This document shows, piece after piece, positions 54,201-64,000 of a stretch of 64,000 nucleotides of DNA (within the stretch, counting starts at the first letter, position 1; each line of letters opens with the position of its first letter). Source of the stretch: Antedon mediterranea (Eukaryota > Animalia > Echinodermata); contig NC_092672.1 of the NCBI RefSeq assembly GCF_964355755.1, positions 16,877,237-16,941,236 of the forward strand, in the 5' to 3' direction. A program made the position numbers and the translations under genes. The notes beneath the pieces are model-generated. The model did no database searches. It worked only from the letters and a program-made list of their open reading frames with translations, and had not been told where the DNA came from.

Positions 54201-54685
54201 TTCGAAAATGAACTAAATTTCCAATTTCTAAAATTCGAAAATTATGCTATAATATTGCCATTTATGCAAATATATTGTGCTAACATCATCTTAAAGAGCC
54301 ATAGTAAAAAAAATAAAAGGGTCGAAATTTTGCAATTTTTCGAAAATTTTCCTGCGGGGATCATAGGAAGTTTTTTGAAAAACAAACAAAAAATAAACAA
54401 AATTTCCACCTTTTAAAATTAAATAATTAGGCTATAATATTGCCATTTATACAGATATATTTTGCTAACATCATCTTATAGAGCCATAGTAACTAGTTAT
54501 GTCATCAAATAAAAGGGTCGAAATTTGGCCATTTTCCGAAAATTTTCCTGCGGGGGACAATAGGAATTTTTTTCGAAAAATGGACAAAATTTCCACTTTT
54601 TAAAATTCGAAAATTATGCTATAATATTGCCATTTATGCAAATATATTGTGCAAACATCATCTTTTAGAGCCATAGTAACTAGTT
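51295..54685. repeat. Satellite B, block 3
   Basis: Same monomers and higher-order arrangement, lying between the two LINE copies. Confidence 0.95.
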
Positions 54686-55057
54686 TTTTTTTTTCTCTCT
54701 TTTGTGGCGCAAACACCACTTTTATTCACATTCATATTATCTCATATTACATAAAATCGTATTATTTAACTTGTAAATGTCGTTACAGTTCATAAGTAAC
54801 ATTTTTACATATATGAATTCTGTATTACTCCTTTTTTCATTAATTTTCTTATATTTTGTTATACACTTGACAGGATCATCATTATCATCTATCCCGTTTT
54901 AAAATAGTTCACACATTTTCATTTGTTTGTTTTCATTTTACAACCCGGATTATACAATATATTTATATACATGATAAAAAAAAACAATAATAGCTCAGTA
55001 CCACCAGTAACCCGTATCACTGTAATTCTTTTTCAGTTAATCGTATCAAATTAGAAA

Positions 55058-55261
55058 TTATACTATCATAATATTATTTCTTAAAGCTACCCATTTTTCT
55101 ATACTTGTTTCTTTATTGTTATATGTTTCACATTCAATGTTATATAACATATTGCTTTTAAATGAATTCCATAAAGATTTACCCACTGGCTTATTTAGTG
55201 CAGATAACATTTTTATTCTATAAATAGTAAATGCTGCAAACGTGTAAATATAATCTATTAC
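55058..55261 (-). pseudogene. ORF2 C-terminal tail of LINE copy 2 (non-inverted 3' segment)
   Basis: Same minus-strand frame as 47260-47463, followed by 3'UTR, AATAAA and A11. Confidence 0.8.
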
Positions 55262-58200
55262 GAAAAGGTCTTGACTGCAAAATTGTTAAAAAGTTAACTG
55301 ATATTGATGGAAGATATATATTTCTTAATTTAATGATAAATGAAAAGGAACTGGACATTATAAATATTTATGCTCCTAATGAAAGCAAAAATAGAAGTGC
55401 ATTCTTTAGGACCATACACAAATGTTACAATGACTTTGATGGAGGGAAGGGTAATTCTATCATTCTAGGTGGAGATCTGAATTGCATCATGAATAGTGAC
55501 ATTGACCAAAAAGGTAGCGCAAATAGGTCTGATAAATCTGTTTTTACGATTAAAAACCTAATGAAAAATTTAAATTTAAATGATATTTGGAGATCCAAAA
55601 ACATGAATAAGCGACAATTTACGTGGCGTAAGAGATTTAACAACATTTTCCGTAGGCTGGATTACTGGTTAATATCAGAAGATCTCTTTTCAAATGGAGA
55701 TGTTTTAGCCTGTGACATTCGTCCAGCTATTCTCACAGATCACCAGGCAGTATCAATTAAAATAGATTTGCATGAAAAAAAACGCGGTCCTGGTTTATGG
55801 ATGTTCAACAATAGCTTTCTGAAAGATGAAACATTTACAAAATTAGTAATTAAAATAATTGATGTTTCAATACTAAAAAATAATAGAGAACCTGTAAGTG
55901 CAAGTTTGCTATGGGAGCTTGTAAAAACAAAAATAAAAGAATTTTCAATTGCATACGGAAAACAAAAAAATAAAAACCAGAATAAAAAGAAAGAAAAATT
56001 ACAAAAACAAATAAAAAACTTAAATGAAACAATCATGAATAGTGACATTGACCAAAAAGGTAGCGCAAATAGGTCTGATAAATCTGTTTTTACGATTAAA
56101 AACCTAATGAAAAATTTAAATTTAAATGATATTTGGAGATCCAAAAACATGAATAAGCGACAATTTACGTGGCGTAAGAGATTTAACAACATTTTCCGTA
56201 GGCTGGATTACTGGTTAATATCAGAAGATCTCTTTTCAAATGGAGATGTTTTAGCCTGTGACATTCGTCCAGCTATTCTCACAGATCACCAGGCGGTATC
56301 AATTAAAATAGATTTGCATGAAAAAAAACGCGGTCCTGGTTTATGGATGTTCAACAATAGCTTTCTGAAAGATGAAACATTTACAAAATTAGTAATTAAA
56401 ATAATTGATGTTTCAATACTAAAAAATAATAGAGAACCTGTAAGTGCAAGTTTGCTATGGGAGCTTGTAAAAACAAAAATAAAAGAATTTTCAATTGCAT
56501 ACGGAAAAAAAAAAAATAAAAACCAGAATAAAAAGAAAGAAAAATTACAAAAACAAATAAAAAACTTAAATGAAACAATTATGAATACTCAAAATTGTGA
56601 TATAACCATTGAAAATAAAATTGAAAACAAAAAAATAGAGCTTGAAAACATTTATAATGTAGAAGCAAAAGGCGCGCAAATTAGGTCCAGAGTAAAATGG
56701 ATAGAGGAAGGCGAGCGGAATACAAAATACTTTCTTGGGTTAGAAAGATCCAAAAGTAAAAAGAAACACATAAAAAGTTTAATTACTAAAGATGGGAGCT
56801 TAGCAACGAGCCCAATTGATATTTTAAAGGAACAAATACAACATTTCGAAGGATTATACGCAAAAAATGTCATAAACCCTGGAAAAATTAATAAATACCT
56901 TTGTAATTCTATTATAAACAAGCTTTCAGAAATAGAAAAAAAAAATTGTGAAGGTTACGTCACTATTGATGAGTGTAAAAAGGCCATTTCAATGATGGAA
57001 AAAAATAAAACACCTGGATCGGATGGTCTAAGTGTTGAATTTTATGTGTTCTTTTGGAATAATATTAAACATTTAATTTGCGATGCGTTAAATGAAAGTT
57101 ATAATTCTCAAGAATTATCCTTTTCGCAAAAACGAGGTGTAATCACCCTTTTGTTCAAGGATGGAGAAAGAGAAAATTTGAATAATTGGCGTCCCATTAC
57201 CCTCTTAAACACCGATTACAAAATTCTTGCACATGTATTAAGTAACAGACTTAAAATGGTTATTAAATCAATAGTAAGTTCAGACCAAAAAGGTTATATA
57301 AAAGGCCGTTTCGCTGGTGAAAACATTCGGTTAATAGAAGACCTGCTTTATTATACAGAGTGTAATGATATCGAAGGGGCAATAATTACCGTAGATTTTA
57401 AGAAGGCTTTTGACTCTATTAGTAGAGATTTTATGTTCAATGTTCTAGAAAAGTTTAACTTTGGAATGTTCTTTTGTAACTGGGTAAAAGTATTATACAA
57501 TAACGTTGAATGTGTCACAGTTAACAATGGTTGGGTTTCAAACAATTTTAAAATGGAAAGAGGTATTAGACAAGGTTGTCCTCTATCTGCTCTGTTATTC
57601 ATTTTAGTGGTTGAAGTAATGGCATCTAGAATAAGAAACAAAGATGACTATAAGGGTATTAAACTTCCAAATAATGAAAATAACATAAAAGCTAGAATAA
57701 GCCAATTAGCCGATGATACTGTTTTGTATGTTGGTAATGACAAAAGTATTGCGTCAGCAGTCAGTGTAATTGAACGTTTTTGTGAAGTATCTGGAATGAC
57801 ACTAAATAAAAAAAAAACCAATGCTTTTTGGATTGGTAAATAGAAGAACAGAATAGATAGACCTTTAGAATTAAATTGGGTAAAACACCCGATCAAAATT
57901 TTAGGCATATATGTAGGGTATAATACAGAAGAATGTACCAGAAAAAACTGGGATGTTAAATTAATAGAGCTAGAAAAGACTTTAAAACAATGGAATGCTA
58001 GAAATCTCTCAATTTTTGGTAGAATAATAATCCTGAAAAGTCTTGCACTATCTAAATTAACATATGCTGCAAATATCACTGATGTTCCAAAATATGTATA
58101 TACACAAGTTACAAATCTAATATATAATTTTATTTGGAACAATAAAAGGGAAAAGATAAAAAGAAAAACTCTAATTGGTGATGTTGAGATGGGAGGCATT

Positions 58201-59126
58201 AAAATGCCTGATTTTACTCTTCATGTTAACGCACTCATGTGTGGCTGGTTAAAAAGAATTATGAATGATGATGGTGCTAAATGGAAAAATATTCCAATGT
58301 ATTATATTAAAAAAATATGTGATGTTAATGTTTTACTTAATATGTCATGTTATAACATTATTGATGTTAATTCTGATAAAATTCCACTGTTTTACAAAAA
58401 TATGATAAAAGCCTACATAAATTATAACAGAATCTCTAAAAAAAAACCTGAAACTTATAACGATATAATTAATGAGCAACTGTGGGGAAACCACTACGTT
58501 AAACTAAAAAAAAATCACTTTTCTACAAGCATTGGATTGACAGTGGCATTATCAGTATTAAAGACATTGTTAATAAGAACACTTTTTTAACATCAAACGA
58601 AATACTGGTGAAACTACAATGTAAAACAAACTGGTTAAATGAGTATTTGTGCATTATTAAGGCAATACCAATTCAATGGAAACGTATTATTAAGGAGGTA
58701 GATATTTTCAATTGTGATGATAATGATGAATTAGTTGGGACCAAGTATGAGATTAATACTACCAAACTAATATACTCATGGTTTGTGAAAGAATATTTCA
58801 TTACTCCAATGTCACAACTAAAATGGGAAGAGTACTTCAATGATAACAACATTGATTGGAAAACTTCTTGGTTACGGAAAGTATGTAAAATGAAAGATAA
58901 GAAACTAGCACAATTCAATTATAAGATGTTACATAGAATACTGCCTACCAACAAACGGCTGTATCAGTGGAAAGTTAAGGAAACACAAACGTGTGACAAA
59001 TGTGGAGAAATTGAAAATGAAAATCATTTGTTTTTTAGTTGTAGATTTATTCAGAAATATTGGAGAAAAATGCTTAGTATCTTTGTAAGTTTAAATCACA
59101 ATAATATATCATTTAAACAATTAATA
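55262..59126 (+). pseudogene. ORF2 (EN-RT-CCHC) of LINE copy 2, less degraded
   Basis: 870-aa open frame through EN and RT up to TAG at 57841-57843. The frame continues past the stop, with a frameshift at ~58510, and has an intact CDKC...H...C knuckle. It ends at FKQLI against the TSD. Confidence 0.93.
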
Positions 59127-62100
59127 CCATAGTAACTAGTTATGTCAAAATATAAAAGCGTCCCAATTTTGACATTTTTTGAAAATATTCCTGCGGGGGA
59201 CCACAGGAATTTTTTCGAAAAATAACCAAAATTTCCACCTTTAAACTTCAATAATTAGCCTATAATATTGCCATTTATGCACATATATTGTGTTAACATC
59301 ATCTTATAGAGCCATAGTAACTAGTTATCATGTCAAAAAATGAAAGGATCGACATTTGGCAATTTTTTCGAAAATTTCCCTGAAATTCCATAGAGATTTT
59401 TTCGAAAAATTGACAAAATTTCAAATTTCTACAATTCGAAAATTATGCTATAATATTGTAATTTATACAAATATATTGTGCTAACATCATCTTATAGAGC
59501 CATAGTAACGAATTATGTCAAAAAATAAAAGGGTTGAAAGTTGGCCATTTTTCGATAATTTTTCTGCGGGGGACCATAGTATTTTTTTTCGAAAAATGGA
59601 CAAAATTTCCAATTTCTAAAATTCGAAAATTATGCTATAATATTGCCATTTATCCAAATATATTGTGATAACATCATCTTATAGAGACATAGCAACTAGT
59701 TATGTCAAAAAAATAAAAGGGTCGAAAAATGGCACCATTTTCCACTTTTTAAAATAAAATAAAAAAGCTATAATATTTCCATTTATACAGATATATTTTG
59801 CTAACATCATCTTATAGAGTCATAGTAACGAATTTTATCAAAAATTAAAAGGGTTGAAATTTGACAATTTTTCGAAAATTTTTCCTTCGGGGGACCATAA
59901 GAATTTTTTTCGAAAATGAACTAAATTTCCAATTTCTAAAATTCGAAAATTATGCTATAATATTGCCATTTATGCAAATATATTGTGCTAACATCATCTT
60001 ATAGAGCCATAGTAAAAAAAATAAAAGGGTCGAAATTTTGCAATTTTTCGAAAATTTTCCTGCGGGGATCATAGGAAGTTTTTTGAAAAACAAACAAAAA
60101 ATAAATAAAATTTCCACCTTTTAAAATTAAATAATTAGGCTATAATATTGCCATTTATACAGATATATTTTGCTAACATCATCTTATAGAGCCATAGTAA
60201 CTAGTTATGTCATCAAATAAAAGGGTCGAAATTTGGCCATTTTCCGAAAATTTCCCTGCGGGGGACAATAGGAATTTTTTTCGAAAAATGGACAAAATTT
60301 CCACTTTTTAAAATTCGAAAATTATGCTATAATATTGCCATTTATGCAAATATATTGTGCAAACATCACTTATAGAGCCATAGTAACTAGTTATGTCAAA
60401 AAATAAAAGCGTCGCAATTTTGACATTTTTGGAAAATATTCCTTCGGGGGACCACAGGAATTTTTTCGAAAAATAACCAAAATTTCCACCTTTAAACTTC
60501 AATAATTAACCTATAATATTGCCATTTATGCACATATATTGTGTTAACATCATCTTATAGAGCCATAAATAGTAACTAGTTATCATGTCAAAAAATGAAA
60601 GGATCGACATTTGGCCATTTTTCGAAAATTTTCCTGCGGGGGACCACAGGAATTTTTTCAAAAAAATAACCAAAATTTCCACCTTTTAAAATTCAATAAT
60701 TAGGCTATAATATTGCCATTTATGCACATATATTGTATTAACATCAACTTATACAGACATAGTAACGAGTTATGTCAAAAAATAAAAGGGTCGAAATTTG
60801 GCAATTTTTGCGAAAATTTCCCTGAAATTCCATAGAGATTTTTTCAAAAAATTGACAAAATTTCAAATTTCTACAATTCGAAAATTATGCTATAATATTG
60901 TAATTTATACAAATATATTGTGCTAACATCATCTTATAGAGCCATAGTAACGAATTATGTCAAAAAATAAAAGGGTTGAAAGTTGGCCATTTTTCGATAA
61001 TTTTTCTGCGGGGGACCATAGTATTTTTTTCGAAAAATGGACAAAATTTCCAATTTCTAAAATTCGAAAATTATGCTATAATATTGCCATTTATCCAAAT
61101 ATATTGTGATAACATCATCTTATAGAGACATAGCAACTAGTTATGTCAAAAAAATAAAAGGGTCGAAAAATGGCACCATTTTCCACTTTTTAAAATAAAA
61201 TAAATATGCTATAATATTTCCATTTATACAGATATATTTTGCTAACATCATCTTATAGAGTCATAGTAACGAATTATATCAAAAATTAAAAGGGTTGAAA
61301 TTTGACAATTTTTCGAAAATTTTCCTACGGGGGACCATAAGATTTTTTTCGAAAATGAACTAAATTTCCAATTTCTAAAATTCAAAAATTATGCTATAAT
61401 ATTGCCATTTATGCAAATATATTGTGCTAACATCATCTTATAGAGCCATAGTAAAAAAAATAAAAGGGTCGAAATTTTGCAATTTTTCGAAAATTTTCCT
61501 GCGGGGATCATAGGAAGTTTTTTGAAAAACAAACAAAAAATAAACAAAATTTCCACCTTTTAAAATTAAATAATTAGGCTATAATATTGCCATTTATACA
61601 GATATATTTTGCTAACATCATCTTATAGAGCCATAGTAACTAGTTATGTCATCAAATAAAAGGGTCGAAATTTGGCCATTTTACGAAAATTTCCCTGCGG
61701 GGGACAATAGGAATTTTTTTCGAAAAATTGACAAAATTTCCACTTTTTAAAATTCGAAAATTATGCTATAATATTGCCATTTATGCAACTATATTGTGCA
61801 AACATCATCTTATAGAGCCATAGTAACTAGTTATGTCAAAAAATGAAAGCGTCGCAATTTTGACATTTTTGGAAAATATTCCTTCGGGGGACAACAGGAA
61901 TTTTTTCGAAAAATAACCAAAATTTCCACCTTTAAACTTCAATAATTAGCCTATAATATTGCCATTTATGCACATATATTGTGTTAACATCATCTTATAG
62001 AGCCATAGTAACTAGTTATCATGTCAAAAAATGAAAGGATCGACATTTGGCCATTTTTCGAAATTTTCCTGCCGGGGACCACAGGAATTTTTTCAACAAA

Positions 62101-63250
62101 ATAACCAAAATTTCCACCTTTTAAAATTCAATAATTAGGCTATAATATTGCCATTTATGCACATAATATTGTGTTAACATCAACTTATAGAGACATAGTA
62201 ACGAGTTATGTCAAAAAAATAAAAGGGTCGAAATTTGGCCATTTTTGCGAAAATTTCCATGCGGGGGACCATAGAGATTTTTTCGAAAAATTGACAAAAT
62301 TTCCAATTTCTACAATTCGAAAATTATGCTATAATATTGCAATTTATACAAATATATTGTGCTAACATCATCTTATAGAGCCATAATAACGAATTATGTC
62401 AAAAAATAAAAGGGTTGAAAGTTGGCCATTTTTCGATAATTTTCCTGCGGGGGACCATAGTATTTTTTTTCGAAAAATGGACAAAATTTCCAATTTCTAA
62501 AATTCGAAAATTATGCTATAATATTGCCATTTATCCAAATATATTGTGATAACATCATCTTATAGAGACATAGCAACTAGTTATGTAAAAAAAAGGGTCA
62601 ACAATGGCACCATTTTCCACTTTTTAAAATAAAATAAATATGCTATAATATTTCCATTTATACAGATATATTTTGCTAACATCATCTTATAGAGTCATAG
62701 TAACGAATTATATCAAATATTAAAGGGGTTGAAATTTGACAATTTTTCGAAAATTTTCCTGCGGGGGACCATAAGAATTTTTTCGAAAATGAACTAAATT
62801 TCCAATTTCTAAAATTCGAAAATTATGCTATAATATTGCCATTTATGCAAATATATTGTGCTAGATCTTATAGAGCCATAGTAAAAAAAATAAAAGGGTC
62901 GAAATTTTGCAATTTTTCGAAAATTTTCCTGCGGGGATCATAGGAAGTTTTTTGAAAAACAAACAAAAAATAAACTAAATTTCCACCTTTTAAAATTAAA
63001 TAATTAGGCTATAATATTGCCATTTATACAGATATATTTTGCTAACATCATCTTATAGAGCCATAGTAACTAGTTATGTCATCAAATAAAAGGGTCGAAA
63101 TTTGGCCATTTTTGGAAAATATTCCTGCGGGGGACCACAGGAATTTTTTCGAAAAATAACCAAAATTTCCACCTTTAAACTTCAATAATTAGCCTATAAT
63201 ATTGCCATTTATGCACATATATTGTGTTAACATCATCTTATAGAGCCATA
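59127..63250. repeat. Satellite B, block 4, showing the ~1.43-kb higher-order repeat
   Basis: GCGTCGCAATTTTGAC at ~60409 and ~61849; AAAACAAACAAAAAAT at ~60087, ~61526 and ~62956. There is one short (~130-bp) GGCACCATTTTCC monomer per unit. Confidence 0.93.
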
Positions 63251-63269
63251 TAGTCCAGTCAATCTATGA

Positions 63270-64000
63270 CAAAAAAAGGCGTAACCCAAAACAAATTGCA
63301 ATAGTTTCCAAACCTTTTTTATTTGATTCTATAAGCATCTGGGAAGATCATTTCCAAAATCTACCAAAATCGGTTCAGTGGAACATACTTTTTAAGGGGT
63401 TTTAAGGTCATAGGGGTCAAATTACACATTTTTCTATTTGGAAAACTACTAGGCGTAGCATGTTAATTTTGGTGTCAAACTATTCAGAAGACCCATATTT
63501 ATATGTACTCTAATGAAACCTTTTTACCAAAAATTACAGGAAAGCATGTTTTTGACCTTTGACCTATTTTATTGTATATATTCGTATATTCGTATCTTAG
63601 TAACCAGTGGGCGTAGATGAGCGTTATTTGCGTCAAACTACTCATAAGGTCAATGTTTATATTAGTTCTAATGGAAAAGATTCGTGTAAAATGACCGGAA
63701 GTCATTATTTTGACCTTTGACACATATTCATTATTTTAGATTTCTCAGTAACTACATTTTTTATATCTCAGTAACCACTAAGCACAACTTCGTCAATTTT
63801 GTGTCAAAAGATTCAGAAGACTCATATTTATATTCACTATAGGCCTAATGAAAAAGTTTTTTTTAAAATGGATAGAAACTATGTTTTTGACCTTTGACCT
63901 ATTATACCAGTATATTTGTTTATATTTACTCTAATTAAAACAAATGCAAATGTACAATATAACCGAAAATCATTATTTTGACCGTTAACATTTTCTAGTC
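63270..64000. repeat. TGACCT-rich diverged repeat region (~270-335-bp period), family unidentified
   Basis: TTCAGAAGAC.CATATTTATAT at ~63483 and ~63811; ATGTTTTTGACCTTTGACCTAT at ~63546 and ~63881; ACCG.AA.TCATTATTTTGACC at ~63694 and ~63962. Confidence 0.6.

Larger units (their letters stand above)
54686..59126. mobile_element. Tx1/L1-clade retrotransposon, copy 2 (same truncation, inversion and TSD)
   Basis: TSD CCATAGTAACTAGTT at 54671-54685 and 59127-59141; architecture identical to copy 1. Confidence 0.92.
45240..60870. repeat. Tandem segmental duplication of ~7.8 kb (about 45240-53040 and 53040-60870), each unit being satB plus the LINE insertion
   Basis: Both units have the same LINE junctions and TSD. 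Rare satB variants (TCTTATAAAG, AAGTTTGCC, CCTGTGGGG, GCCATAAATAGT) recur at a ~7800-7830 offset. The breakpoints are approximate. Confidence 0.85.

Noticed and set aside
55231-57843. Prokaryotic-style RT system (retron/DGR) associated with repeats
   Set aside because: The APE endonuclease, CCHC knuckle, poly(A) and TSD identify an ordinary non-LTR retrotransposon.
47627-58918. Hydrophobic minus-strand ORFs within the LINE copies
   Set aside because: Antisense shadows of an A-rich coding strand.
54686-59126. Second independent, site-specific LINE insertion into satB
   Set aside because: Identical truncation, inversion, internal duplication, lesions and flanking variants indicate DNA-level duplication. 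Target specificity cannot be inferred from one event.
36438-62365. Short ORFs in satB (36438, 52475, 60308, 62171)
   Set aside because: These are translations of satellite monomers.
63247-63268. CATATAG...TCTATG as a second mini-TIR footprint at the satB end
   Set aside because: There is no TSD, and it is equally explained as a diverged continuation of the satB monomer (CCATAGTAACTAGTTATGTCAAAA).

Overview
This is eukaryotic, very AT-rich heterochromatin-type DNA with no host protein gene, RNA gene or CRISPR array. Positions 1-36070 are an ~88-bp satellite (satA) with variant monomers and nested block duplications. After a ~400-bp spacer, a second satellite (satB, ~186-bp monomer, ~1.43-kb higher-order unit) runs from ~36490 to ~63250. 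satB is interrupted first by a complete 7089-bp Sola-type DNA transposon (37419-44507). It has 29-bp TIRs, a 4-bp GGGG target duplication and a disabled minus-strand transposase of at least seven exons joined by phase-1 introns. A ~1.26-kb non-autonomous Helitron sits in its last intron. satB is then interrupted by two copies of a Tx1/L1-clade retrotransposon insertion (46889-51294 and 54686-59126). Each copy has a 15-bp TSD, a twin-priming 5' inversion and an in-frame 546-bp internal duplication. The two copies appear to derive from one ~7.8-kb tandem duplication rather than two insertions. The window ends in a TGACCT-rich diverged repeat. I found no evidence for a wholly new biological system. 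The most notable items are the inverted LINE, the multi-exon Sola gene with its nested Helitron, and a GACCAT-N7-TTTTCGAAAA box shared by both satellites. All coordinates were read by eye; family assignments rest on motif recognition, not database searches.
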